Below, in pieces: positions 20,225 to 29,808 of a stretch of DNA of 64,000 nt; position 1 is the first letter of the stretch, and the number at the start of each line of letters is the position of its first letter. The position numbers were made by a program, and so were the translations under genes. The stretch spans positions 9,051-73,050 of the forward strand of contig JAZQRU010000045.1 of the NCBI GenBank assembly GCA_045629745.1. Direction: 5' to 3'. The notes under the pieces were generated by a model. It saw only the letters and a program-made list of their open reading frames with translations. It ran no database searches and was not told the origin of the DNA. Origin of the DNA: Eubacteriales bacterium (GTDB taxonomy: Bacteria > Bacillota > Clostridia > Oscillospirales > CAG-272).

Positions 20225-22450
20225 TTACATTTTTTCGTGGAAGGTTCTCGAAATAACCTCAAGCTGCTTGTCTTTCGTGAGCTTGTTGAAGTTAACCGCA
20301 TATCCGCTTACACGAATTGTGAGAGAGGGATATTTTTCGGGATTTTCCATAGCGTCGATAAGCTTTTCTCTATTAAGCACGTTAACGTTTAGGTGATGCG
20401 CCTTCTGTGAGAAATATCCGTCAAGAACGCTGACAAGATTTGAAATTCTGCCCTCGTCGTTGCTGCCTAAAGCGTCGGGCGTTATAGAAAATGTGTTGGA
20501 AATTCCGTCTTGACAGCAGTCGTAGCAAATCTTAGCAACGGAGTTAAGAGAAGCCAAAGCGCCCTCAGAATCGCGTCCGTGCATAGGGTTAGCGCCGGGA
20601 GCAAAAGGCTCGCCCTTCTTTCTTCCATCGGGGGTTGCGCCTGTCTTTTCACCGTAAACAACGTTTGAGGTGATGGTAAGAATTGAGAGCGTGTGCTTCG
20701 CGTTTCTGTAGGTTTTCGTCTTGCAAAGCTCCGAGTAGAAAAATTCCGTTATCCATTTTGCGATAGAGTCAACTCTGTCGTCGTCGTTGCCGTATTTCGG
20801 GAAATCACCCTCGCACTTGAAGTCAACTATTATGCCTCTTTCGTCTTTTTGAGGCGTAACGCGCGCATACTTAATTGCCGAAAGGCTATCCGTAAGAACG
20901 GAAAGTCCGCTTATACCGAATGCCATAAGGCGCTCGGGCTCAACGTCGTGGAGCGACATCATAAGGCGCTCGTACGCGTATTTATCGTGCATAAAGTGAA
21001 TGACGTTCATAGTGTTTACGTAAAGCTTTGCCATCCAAGACGCGTAGGACTTAAAGCTTTCGAGAACCTCGTCGTAATCAAGAGGCTTTTCCTCGTAAAC
21101 CTTGCCTACGGGGGCTATCTGCTCTCCGTGAATTTCATCGCGTCCGCCGTTCAAGGACATGAGAAGAACCTTTGCAAGATTGCATCTCGCGCCGAAGAAC
21201 TGCATCTGCTTTCCCGTTTTCATTGCGGAAACGCAGCAGGCGATAGAATAGTCGTCACCGAAATCGCGGCGCATAACGTCGTCGTTCTCGTACTGAATTG
21301 AGTCCGTATCAATGGAAACCTTAGCGCAGTATTCCTTGAAGCCGCGCGGAAGTCCCTCTGCCCAGAGAACCGTAATGTTAGGCTCTGCGCTCGGGCCGAG
21401 ATTATAAAGAGTGTTAAGGAAGCGGAAGCAGGTTTTCGTAACCATAGTTCTGCCATCCTCGGACATACCGGCAAGAGAGCAGGTTACCCAAACGGGATCG
21501 CCCGCAAAAAGATTATTGTATTCGGGTGTTCTTAAGTGGCGCACAAGGCGCATTTTAACAACGAGGTCGTCAATAAGCTCCTGAGCCGAAATTTCGTCAA
21601 GAGTTTTTTCACGAAGATCTCTTTCAATGTATATATCTATAAAGGTAGAGATTCTTCCGATACTGTTAGCGGCACCGTTCTGCTCCTTAAGCGCACCGAG
21701 ATAACCGAAGTAGAGCCACTGAATTGCCTCTTTCGCGTTTTCTGCGGGGCGGCTTATATCGCATCCGTATTCCTCCGCCATCGTAACGAGCTGCTTCATA
21801 AAGTCGAGCTGCTTTTCAACGTCCTCGATAAGCTGAATCGTCTCGGCGCTCATATCGCGCTCGCCGAGTCTTCTCTTATCCTCCTGGCGCTCCTCGATAA
21901 GATACTTCATTCCGTAAAGGGGGATACGGCGGTAGTCGCCGATAATTCTTCCTCTTGCGTAAGCGTCGGGAAGTCCCGTGAGAATACCCGCGTGGCGAGC
22001 CTTTTTCATAGTGTCAGTATAAGCTCTGAAAACGCCCGTGTTATGAGTGGTTCTGTATAAAAATTTCTTCTTTATATCCTCGCTTAACTCATATCCGTAA
22101 GCGCGGCAGGCCTGAAGCGTATTTCTGTATCCTGCAAAGGGGTTAACTGCTCTTTTAAGCGGCTCGTCGGTCTGAAGACCGAGGATTATATCCTTGCCCT
22201 CTATAACGTATCCGGGCTTGTAGCTAAGGATGGAAGAAACGGTATCGGTGTCAATATCGAGCACACCGCCCTTCTTCATTTCCGCAATAAGAAGCTCCTC
22301 AAGGCGCGCCTTAACGCACTCGGTGCGCTCGGTTGTTCCCTTAAGGAACGAAGCATCGCCAAGATAAGGCGTATAATTCCTTTTTATGAAATCCGCAACG
22401 TCAATAGAGGACGTCCAAGCTCCTTCTTTAAAGCTTCTCCAATAATTCAT
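20225..22450 (-). CDS. pflB: Formate C-acetyltransferase (pyruvate formate-lyase)
   Basis: IACCVS active site, TIRVSGYAV glycyl-radical motif, [17 protein letters not shown]. Confidence 0.97.
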   Translation of the reverse strand: MNYWRSFKEGAWTSSIDVADFIKRNYTPYLGDASFLKGTTERTECVKARLEELLIAEMKKGGVLDIDTDTVSSILSYKPGYVIEGKDIILGLQTDEPLKRAVNPFAGYRNTLQACRAYGYELSEDIKKKFLYRTTHNTGVFRAYTDTMKKARHAGILTGLPDAYARGRIIGDYRRIPLYGMKYLIEERQEDKRRLGERDMSAETIQLIEDVEKQLDFMKQLVTMAEEYGCDISRPAENAKEAIQWLYFGYLGALKEQNGAANSIGRISTFIDIYIERDLREKTLDEISAQELIDDLVVKMRLVRHLRTPEYNNLFAGDPVWVTCSLAGMSEDGRTMVTKTCFRFLNTLYNLGPSAEPNITVLWAEGLPRGFKEYCAKVSIDTDSIQYENDDVMRRDFGDDYSIACCVSAMKTGKQMQFFGARCNLAKVLLMSLNGGRDEIHGEQIAPVGKVYEEKPLDYDEVLESFKSYASWMAKLYVNTMNVIHFMHDKYAYERLMMSLHDVEPERLMAFGISGLSVLTDSLSAIKYARVTPQKDERGIIVDFKCEGDFPKYGNDDDRVDSIAKWITEFFYSELCKTKTYRNAKHTLSILTITSNVVYGEKTGATPDGRKKGEPFAPGANPMHGRDSEGALASLNSVAKICYDCCQDGISNTFSITPDALGSNDEGRISNLVSVLDGYFSQKAHHLNVNVLNREKLIDAMENPEKYPSLTIRVSGYAVNFNKLTKDKQLEVISRTFHEKM

Positions 22451-22526
22451 ATTTTTCTCCAACTTTCTTTTTTCTATATTGCCAAATTGCCATTTTAATA
22501 ACAAATTTCCATATTTTACCTAAGCA

Positions 22527-22651
22527 AAACAAAAAGGCACCACACGGTGCCCAGACGGTCGGCCGTAGCCGAAGAGAGCTGAACTAACAAGTCTTTCGGC
22601 TATAAAAGCCCTGTTCCACCATAGTTATCTATGCTCCGTCAGTTGCAGGGC
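22527..22651 (-). promoter_or_regulatory. ZTP (pfl) riboswitch with overlapping intrinsic terminator
   Basis: Minus strand GCCCUGcaACUGACGG...GGAACAGGGC (P1/P2), a linker hairpin, then GCCGACCGUCUGGGC (P3/pseudoknot) overlapping the terminator GGCACCguguGGUGCC-UUUUU. Directly upstream of pflB. Confidence 0.9.
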
Positions 22652-22802
22652 GCAGAAATATTATACTATATATTGATGCCTTTGTCAATAATTTTCCTAT
22701 ATTTTGTGTTTAAAAAATTTTTTATCGGTAGTTCATAAAAGAATCTTGAAAAAGGAAATAAAAAATGTTAATATTTATATATAATGAATTCGGAGGAAAA
22801 CT

Positions 22803-23741
22803 ATGTCCGATCTTAATCTTGAAGTTTTGAACGAGAGGGCGCAAAATGCGCCATCGGAGCTTATTTCCGGCGCGGAAAAAAGCTATCATAATATTATTTC
22901 AGAGATAGCCGAAAGAATTTTATGTGATTCGGAAATCAGAATAGTTCTCCTTGCAGGCCCCTCGGGCTCTGGAAAAACCACAAGCGCCAATCTCATTTCC
23001 GACGCGCTTAAGTCACGGGGGCGCGAATCAATGGTAATATCGCTTGACGATTTTTACAGAAATTCAGACGACGAAAGCTACCCCCGTCTTGACTCGGGCG
23101 AGAGGGATTTTGAATCTCTTGACGCGCTCAATATCCCCGAGCTTCAAAATATGCTTATGAACGTTTCCGAGGGCGACGCGTTTTTAATTCCGAAGTACGA
23201 CTTTAAGATAGGAAGAAGAAGAAGCGGTGTTACGCGCCACGTGCCGATGCAAGACGGCGTCGTTATAATAGAGGGCCTTCACGCGCTTAATCCGAGAGTT
23301 TTTTCGCTTTTGCCGAAGAAAAGAGTTTTCAAAATATTCATAAGTGTTTCAACGAATATAAACGATGCGGGCGAAAGAATACTCTCAGGAAGAAAAATTC
23401 GCTTCGTAAGACGAATGGTGCGCGACAGTATATATAGAAACGCAGATGCCAGCCACACGCTTTCTATGTGGAAAAACGTTTTAAGGGGAGAGGATATTTA
23501 TCTCTATCCGCACAGAGATAACGCGGATATTTCCTTTAATACCTTTCACGAGTTTGAGCTTGGCGTAATGCGTAAGTTTGTTTTAAATCTTATTTCAGAA
23601 GAGCTTGCAGAGGAAGACGTTTACGCAAAAACCGTAAGAAATGCCCTTTCTTTTGTATATCCTATAGATATTTCTCTTGTTCCCGAAAGCTCGCTTATAA
23701 GAGAATTTATCCCTGGCGGAATATATGAAAATCTTTACTGA
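22803..23741 (+). CDS. Uridine/nucleoside kinase family P-loop protein
   Basis: LAGPSGSGKTT, ISLDDFY, IIEGLHALN and RRMVRD motifs. Confidence 0.85.
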   Translation: MSDLNLEVLNERAQNAPSELISGAEKSYHNIISEIAERILCDSEIRIVLLAGPSGSGKTTSANLISDALKSRGRESMVISLDDFYRNSDDESYPRLDSGERDFESLDALNIPELQNMLMNVSEGDAFLIPKYDFKIGRRRSGVTRHVPMQDGVVIIEGLHALNPRVFSLLPKKRVFKIFISVSTNINDAGERILSGRKIRFVRRMVRDSIYRNADASHTLSMWKNVLRGEDIYLYPHRDNADISFNTFHEFELGVMRKFVLNLISEELAEEDVYAKTVRNALSFVYPIDISLVPESSLIREFIPGGIYENLY

Positions 23742-23767
23742 AAAAATTGATTTTTTTGAAAAAACTA

Positions 23768-23835
23768 TTGACAAATGAGCTTTCTTCTGTTAAAATAGTT
23801 TTAGAATGGTTCTAAAAAAATTAAAATCGTTCTAA
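23768..23835 (+). promoter_or_regulatory. SigA promoter with two Per/Fur-type boxes
   Basis: TTGACA(23768)-17 bp-TAAAAT(23791), then 7-1-7-like boxes TTAGAATGGTTCTAA (23801-23815) and TTAAAATCGTTCTAA (23821-23835). Confidence 0.75.
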
Positions 23836-23846
23836 AAGGAGTTGTT

Positions 23847-24224
23847 ATGACGATACAAAGAGCTGTGATTCTTGAAGTCATACGCAGAGGTAAGCATCAT
23901 AGCACTGCAGAAGAAATTTTTGAAATGGCAAAAAAGAAGCTTCCCACGATTTCAAGAGCGACAGTTTACAATAACCTGCACGGAATGGAAGAAGAGGGGC
24001 TTGTCCGCAGAATAAGCGGCGAGGGCACGTCGGACAGGTATGATAAGAATATAGCACCGCACGGACACCTGTTCTGCAAAAATTGCGGAGCCATTTTAGA
24101 CGTTATGCTTCCCGATATTGAAAAGCTTATTGAGGAAAGCTCGAAATCGGAGCTTATCGAATACGAGCTTAAGGTAAATGGAATCTGCAAGGCTTGTTTA
24201 GCCTGTGAATTTGACAAAAATTAA
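23847..24224 (+). CDS. perR: Fur family regulator, PerR-like
   Basis: TIQR...HSTAEEIF...[10 protein letters not shown]...[10 protein letters not shown]...GICKAC; upstream of rubrerythrin. Confidence 0.8.
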   Translation: MTIQRAVILEVIRRGKHHSTAEEIFEMAKKKLPTISRATVYNNLHGMEEEGLVRRISGEGTSDRYDKNIAPHGHLFCKNCGAILDVMLPDIEKLIEESSKSELIEYELKVNGICKACLACEFDKN

Positions 24225-24264
24225 AATCAAAATAAAAACTAAAACAATATTAAGGAGAAAAACT

Positions 24265-24798
24265 ATGAATCTCAAGGGAACAAAAACAGAACAGAATCTT
24301 ATGACTGCATTTGCAGGCGAATCTCAGGCAAGAAACAAATACACTTATTTCGCATCCGTTGCTAAAAAGGAAGGCTATGAGCAGATAGCTGCTATTTTTG
24401 AAGAAACGGCAAACAACGAAAAAGAGCACGCAAAGCTTTGGTTTAAGGCTCTTGGCGGACTTAGCGACACCGCAGGAAACCTCCTTGCAGCAGCAGAGGG
24501 CGAAAACTACGAGTGGACCGATATGTACGACACCTTTGCTAAGGAAGCAGAGGAAGAGGGCTTCACCGCGCTTGCATTCCAGTTCAGAGCAGTTGCTGCT
24601 ATTGAAAAGGCTCACGAGGAAAGATACCGCAAGCTCCTTTCCAACGTTGAAATGAAGGCAGTTTTTGAAAAGGCAGAGGAAACTATGTGGGAGTGCCGCA
24701 ATTGCGGTCACCTCGTAATCGGCAAGAAGGCTCCCGGCGCTTGCCCCGTATGTGCGCATCCTCAGAGCTTTTTTGAAGTTCGCAAAGAAAATTACTAA
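24265..24798 (+). CDS. rbr: Rubrerythrin
   Basis: [25 protein letters not shown] and WECRNCG...CPVCAHP motifs. Confidence 0.95.
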   Translation: MNLKGTKTEQNLMTAFAGESQARNKYTYFASVAKKEGYEQIAAIFEETANNEKEHAKLWFKALGGLSDTAGNLLAAAEGENYEWTDMYDTFAKEAEEEGFTALAFQFRAVAAIEKAHEERYRKLLSNVEMKAVFEKAEETMWECRNCGHLVIGKKAPGACPVCAHPQSFFEVRKENY

Positions 24799-24844
24799 TT
24801 CGCGGCTTTGATATTTTGGTAAAAAGCGCAAATAAAATGAATTT

Positions 24845-24875
24845 AGGTAGAGGTTAATGTTAGCCTCTACCTTTT
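24845..24875 (+). terminator. Intrinsic terminator after rubrerythrin
   Basis: Stem aggtagaggttaa / ttagcctctacct followed by T's. Confidence 0.7.
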
Positions 24876-25156
24876 CTCTATGCTTATCTTGTTTATTTAA
24901 GGTTGAAAAACTCCGTTTTTATCCAATTTAATTAAGATTTTATTTGCTTCGCCGTTTCCTCGTTCAGCGTACTCTTGTACGCTTATCACTCGTCAGCCGA
25001 CGATTTTTCCTCAAAATCTCTTTGCCGCGGCTTCGACTTTTTGGTAAGACCGAAAACCAAATGAATATTTTAAGGTGGGTTGCTTTGTGCCCCGCCTTTT
25101 CATTGTTCTGATTTATTTTATCAAGGTTGAAAAGCTCTGCTTTTCTCAACTTTCAA

Positions 25157-26161
25157 TTAACCTAGCTCCGATTTTAAATCCCTTGCCATAAGCTTTTTCA
25201 TAGCTTCCTTTGGCGATTTGTTTTCCATTATTACTTCGTAAACCGCCTCGGTTATGGGCATTTCAACGTTGTACTTTTTCGCAAGAGCAATTCCTGCCGA
25301 AAGGGCGTGATAGCCCTCGACGACCATTCCGATTTCGCGCGAGGCTTCTTCATAGGAAAGTCCACGTCCTATAAGCTCGCCGCAACGGTTGTTTCGGCTA
25401 TGGCGCGAGGTGCAGGTAACTATCAAATCGCCGATGCCCGCAAGGCCCATAAAGGTTCTTCTATGGCAGTCCATTGCAAGTCCGATGCGGGTGATTTCTG
25501 CGATTCCGCGTGTCATAAGCATAGCAAGCGCGTTATCTCCGAAGCCCATTCCGCGCGTAATTCCTGCGGCAAGAGCTATTATGTTTTTGAAAGCGCCGGC
25601 AATTTCAACTCCGAGAATATCTGTGTTCGTGTAAGCTCTCATATATCCGTTTGAAACTATCTCGGCAAGCTTCATTGCAACCGTCTCATTTTTTGAAGCG
25701 GAAACTATTGAGGTCGGCATTCCTTTTGCAACCTCTTCTGCGTGAGTCGGGCCCGAGAGGGCGGCAATATGGAATTTTTCAATTCTGTATTTGCTAATTT
25801 CGTCCTCGATAATCTCGCTCATAGTAAAGAGTGTGCCTTTTTCAATTCCCTTTGTTGCCGTTGCGAGAATTGTGCCGGGCTTTAAGTATGGCGCGGCAGC
25901 CTTTACCGTCGCGCGAAGATACTCCGAAGCAACTACGAAAAGCAAAACGTCGCAGTCGGAAACGGCGCTTTTTATATCCGTTTCGTATGTAATACCCTCA
26001 GACATTTTAGCTCCGGGCAGATTTTTATGCTCGCCGGTTTCGCGAAGCATATCTATTTCTTTTTGGAGAGCTGACCAAAGAGTAAGGCTGTGTCCGTTAT
26101 TTTTGAGAAGCGAGGCAAGTGCTGCGCCCCAGGTGCCTGCGCCTAAGACCGTAATTTTCAT
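25157..26161 (-). CDS. gpsA: NAD(P)H-dependent glycerol-3-phosphate dehydrogenase
   Basis: GAGTWG, TKGIE, SGPTHAEEV, KNIIALAAG and GIGDLIVTC...SRN motifs. Confidence 0.95.
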   Translation of the reverse strand: MKITVLGAGTWGAALASLLKNNGHSLTLWSALQKEIDMLRETGEHKNLPGAKMSEGITYETDIKSAVSDCDVLLFVVASEYLRATVKAAAPYLKPGTILATATKGIEKGTLFTMSEIIEDEISKYRIEKFHIAALSGPTHAEEVAKGMPTSIVSASKNETVAMKLAEIVSNGYMRAYTNTDILGVEIAGAFKNIIALAAGITRGMGFGDNALAMLMTRGIAEITRIGLAMDCHRRTFMGLAGIGDLIVTCTSRHSRNNRCGELIGRGLSYEEASREIGMVVEGYHALSAGIALAKKYNVEMPITEAVYEVIMENKSPKEAMKKLMARDLKSELG

Positions 26162-26189
26162 AAAATTCTCCTGTTTTTGCTTATGTTCT

Positions 26190-26376
26190 TAAGAGATTCG
26201 CGTATTTTGAGCGTAACGGGAGCTGTAATCTCCGAGTGCTCCTTATAGTGCTTGTTTTCGATTTTTTGAAGATAAGGTCTGCTATAAAATCGCTTTTTTC
26301 TTAAGGCCCGCCCTTAAATGCCTTTGAAACAGTACCGGCGGAAACGCCCCCTCTTTCGCAATATTTTCAAGTGTTA
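26190..26376 (-). pseudogene. LacI-family regulator remnant: HTH start joined directly to the extreme C-terminus
   Basis: Minus strand ITLENIAKE/(frameshift)GVSAGTVSKAFKG, then DFIADLIFKKIENKHYKEHSEITAPVTLKIRESL. Confidence 0.65.
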
Positions 26377-26678
26377 TAACAAAACCCTTAAGTTTTTTGT
26401 ATATTTTACCACAAAAGCTTTTAGTAATCAAGACGAAAAATCAATTTACGAAAAAAATTCGTAAAAAATGTTGCCGAAAAATATTCAGTGACGTTAAAGT
26501 AGGCTTGAAGGCACGCTTGCGCGCAAGGGCGCGCACGTGAAAATTACCGGCATTGAGTGCAAATGCGGCGCTAAAATGTTCCGCGACGACATAGGAAAGG
26601 AACAGACCGACAACGGAACAGTCTATACAAAAGACAAGAAGTGGTAATATATGCACGCAAAAAAGCAGGCATTTCGCC

Positions 26679-27322
26679 CAATGTCATTAAGTTAAAAATA
26701 TCCGAGTTCAGAAATTGAGCTCGGATATTTTTTTACAAAAAAAGTTTAAGATTTTTTTAAAAAAGCTTGACAAAGAGAAATTTAACATTGCTGAGTTGAA
26801 AGAGCTTTACGCTATGCGTTGGGGGATTGAGACCTCTTTTCGTGATTTGAAATATTCTCTCTCTTTATCTTATTTTCATTCTAAAAAAACGGAGCATATT
26901 CTCCAAGAAATCTTTGCAAGACTTACTATGTACAACTTTGCCGAACTGATTACCTCGCACGTAGTCATTAAGCAGAAAAACAGAAAGTATTCTTACAGAA
27001 TTAACTTCGCTGCTGCAGTACATATTTGCCGCAATTTCTTCTTGAAAAATATATCTCCGTCAGACATTGAAGCCTTGTTGCTTATGCATCTATTACCTGT
27101 TCGTCAAAGGTCCGCCAACCCACGAAGAGAATCTCCAAGAGCTGCTCCAAGCTTCATATACAGAATACCATAAATTTGTCTTTTTTTCAATACTTTTTTC
27201 GACAGACTCTTACGTCTGTCTTTTCGTCCTGCTTTTTTACAAGAAAAATGCACTCAACTTCGCTTTCTTGGCTTAGTTAAGTGCATCTTCCTTTTTGCCA
27301 TTATTTTAACTTAATGACATTG
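26679..27322 (+). mobile_element. Internally deleted IS4-family element (644 bp)
   Basis: Perfect 19-bp terminal inverted repeats CAATGTCATTAAGTTAAAA (26679-26697 / 27304-27322) enclosing a transposase C-terminus. Confidence 0.85.
26770..27173 (+). pseudogene. IS4-family transposase, C-terminal fragment
   Basis: ELYAMRWGIETSFRDLKY (YREK signature) and QEIFARLTMYNF; the N-terminal DD region is missing. Confidence 0.85.
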
Positions 27323-27427
27323 GTCTAAATACTTTTCTTTTCATTCTCTTACCTCGCTTCCATTTTTTCATATGCAAAAAGCTCCCCTTAGTTGCCTAAA
27401 GAGAGCTTTTGTTTATTGGCAAATCAA

Positions 27428-27697
27428 AGGCAAGAGTAAATAATCCGAATTCGTTTTTGAGAGGCGAATTATCCGTTATACATCGGTAAAAATTCTTATA
27501 ATATTTGCATATTATCTCAAATTTTAACCTCGTCTTACGAAAAATTCGTTCTCTCGAAAATTCGAACAACTCTGTGCCTTAATTTTTGTTTGATTTTGAT
27601 AATTGGTTCTCGCAGGCATATGCGGATTTTGCAAGAAATAGTCGAAAGCTCTGAAAATTAAGGATACAGAGCGAATCCGGATTATCTACTCTTGCCT
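27428..27697. mobile_element. Non-autonomous MITE (270 bp)
   Basis: 26-bp imperfect TIRs aggcaagagtaaataatccgaattcg / cgaatccggattatctactcttgcct (2 mismatches); no ORF. Confidence 0.75.
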
Positions 27698-27804
27698 AGG
27701 CAGAAGCCCTTGATAATTTTGTCAATTTTATACTGTATTTTCAGAATATCATAAATTCTAAAATTTGTCAATTTTTTTATTGTCGAAAAAGTTTATTTGA
27801 AGTT

Positions 27805-28326
27805 TTATTTCTCAGGCACGATAAGTCCGTAACTACCCTCGCGTCTTTTATAAACCACCGAGGTGTCACCAGAGTCTGCGTCAAGGAATACGAAGAAATC
27901 GTGACCCGAAAGGTTCATTTGGAGTATTGCCTCCTCTGCCGTCATAGGCTTTAAGGAGAAGGATTTTACTCTTATATCAAATTCGCCCTCTTCCGCGTAT
28001 TCGTCTTCATATTCGTCGTCGCAAAAAGCGCCCTCGCGTATGGTTTTTTCAAGGCGCGTTTTATTCTTGCGGATTTGTCTTTCAAGGCTTTCCATTGCTC
28101 TGTCGAGGGCAGTAATAAAGGTTTCGTTTTCTTCTTCGCTTCTGAACGTCGTGCCCCCGTAATTTACGGTAATTTCAATAATTTTGTCACCCTTTCGCGT
28201 CTTGCAGGTGACAAACGCTTCTGTATCGGCGCCGAAGAATTTGTCAAACTTTGAAAGCTTTTTCTCAATTGCCGACTTAAGACTTTCTCTGACTGTCATT
28301 TGTTTTCCGTAAATCGTGATTTTCAT
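27805..28326 (-). CDS. hpf: Ribosome hibernation promoting factor (long HPF)
   Basis: KKLSKFDKFF...LERQIRKNKTRL...KPMTAEEAILQMNLSGHDFFVF...VVYKR..G.YGLI. Confidence 0.95.
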   Translation of the reverse strand: MKITIYGKQMTVRESLKSAIEKKLSKFDKFFGADTEAFVTCKTRKGDKIIEITVNYGGTTFRSEEENETFITALDRAMESLERQIRKNKTRLEKTIREGAFCDDEYEDEYAEEGEFDIRVKSFSLKPMTAEEAILQMNLSGHDFFVFLDADSGDTSVVYKRREGSYGLIVPEK

Positions 28327-28440
28327 AACTATCTCCTTTTGCGTATTGCAGAGGAAGCAGGGCTCCCCTGCAAATATATTTTACCATATTATATGTGAAA
28401 AGTAAATATATTTTTCATAAATTTTAAAGAAAATTTGGTT

Positions 28441-28667
28441 TTATTTCACAAAATCCTCCTTGAAAATCTCCGCGCAATCTCTCCTATAGAGCTTTGCTAT
28501 TGTAAAAAGCATTTGAATATCAAGTCTTAGCGGTATTTTGCCTTTTTCCAAAAGAGTGAGAGAATAAAGACTTATTTTTAATTTTTCCGCCATTTTTTCT
28601 TAGATAAGCCCTCTTTTGCTCTTAGTTTTTTTAGATTTTCACAGAAAATGCGAGTTTCAATTGCCAT
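28441..28667 (-). pseudogene. XRE HTH regulator with a single-base frameshift in an A6 run
   Basis: MAIETRIFCENLKKLRAKEGLSKK / MAEKLKISLYSLTLLEKGKIP...FVK*. The span is 227 nt; one more A restores a 75-aa HTH. Confidence 0.7.
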
Positions 28668-28744
28668 AATTTTCCCCTCTTTAAAACAAATTATAACACA
28701 AAATTGTGCGATTGTGTATAATATAGTTTGTTGGGGGGATTTCT

Positions 28745-28960
28745 TTGGAAAAGCATAAAAATCGTTTGCGTGATTTAAGGCAAGATATGGATTTAACTCA
28801 AGCACAAGTTGCTGAAAAGTTTTTTCTACAGTTGACTCAATATAGGAGATATGAAAATGGAGATAGTGATTTGCCTCTTTCGTGGGCTAAAAAATTTGCT
28901 TTATTTTATAATGTTTCTATTGATTATATTGCTGGGTTGACAAATACCCCGAGAAAATAA
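28745..28960 (+). CDS. XRE family HTH regulator
   Basis: RLRDLRQD.DLTQAQVAE...QYRRYENG...YNVSIDYIAGLT; TTG start with a G-rich RBS. Confidence 0.85.
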   Translation: MEKHKNRLRDLRQDMDLTQAQVAEKFFLQLTQYRRYENGDSDLPLSWAKKFALFYNVSIDYIAGLTNTPRK

Positions 28961-29002
28961 AAAGGCACGAGCAGTCAAACTCGTGTCTTTTTTGCGTTTT
29001 TT

Positions 29003-29111
29003 ATAATCAGGCGTAGCCTACATCATTTGCCGAAAGGCAAGCATCATTGCAGAGTGAGCGGCATTGCGCTTGCGCTCGGCTCATTCAATCGGGCTTCGGT
29101 TTTCTGATTAT
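29003..29111. repeat. Orphan hairpin-spaced repeat element
   Basis: Bounded by ataatcag/ctgattat; CATCATT x2 next to mini-hairpins aggc-gta-gcct and ttgcc-gaaa-ggcaa. Confidence 0.55.
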
Positions 29112-29168
29112 TCTTGACTTTTTCCGACTACAATGGTAAAATGGATAAAAATGCAAAGAGGGAAGAAT

Positions 29169-29723
29169 ATGTCAAATCTTTCGGAAAAATTTTTGAAAAG
29201 AGAAAAAATATATAAGGGCGCGGTTCTTGATGTCGTAAAGGACACTGTAGAATTACCGGATGGCAAGGAGGCCTTGCGTGAGGTTTGTCTTCACGTGGGC
29301 GCGGTTTGCGTAATTCCGCTTCTTCCCGACGGGCGTGTTATTATGGAAAGGCAGTACCGCTACGCGCACGGAAGAGTCTTTTTTGAAATACCCGCAGGCA
29401 AGTTAAATTACAAAGAGGAAAACCCTCTTGAAGCGGCAAAGCGCGAGCTGCGCGAGGAAACGGGAGCCTTGGCAAAAGCTTACACGCCCCTTGGCATAAT
29501 GGTACCCTCGCCCGCAATTTTGAGCGAAAGAATATATATGTATCTTGCCGAGGATTTGACTTTCGGCGAGAGGGAGCTTGACGAAGACGAATTTCTTGAC
29601 GTTGAATTTGTGCCGCTCGATACTCTTTACGAAATGGTTATGCGCGGCGAAATTGAAGACGCAAAAACGCAAATTGCGGTACTTAAAGTCAAATCAATAC
29701 TTGAAAGCAGGAAAAAAGCTTAA
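29169..29723 (+). CDS. NUDIX hydrolase (ADP-ribose pyrophosphatase-like)
   Basis: RQYRY, EIPAGK...AAKRELREETG (Nudix box), DEDEFL and IEDAKT motifs. Confidence 0.9.
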   Translation: MSNLSEKFLKREKIYKGAVLDVVKDTVELPDGKEALREVCLHVGAVCVIPLLPDGRVIMERQYRYAHGRVFFEIPAGKLNYKEENPLEAAKRELREETGALAKAYTPLGIMVPSPAILSERIYMYLAEDLTFGERELDEDEFLDVEFVPLDTLYEMVMRGEIEDAKTQIAVLKVKSILESRKKA

Positions 29724-29808
29724 TTTTCGATTTCTTTATATTGACAAATCTTCAATATTGTGCTAACATATCCTTATAAAAATTTTAACTTTGAGAGGTA
29801 TTTTTTTA

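Noticed and set aside
26500-26648. Short + strand coding-like fragment (RLEGTLARKGAHVKITG...KDKKW*)
   Set aside because: No RBS or convincing start and no recognisable family; possibly a gene tail left by the neighbouring deletions.
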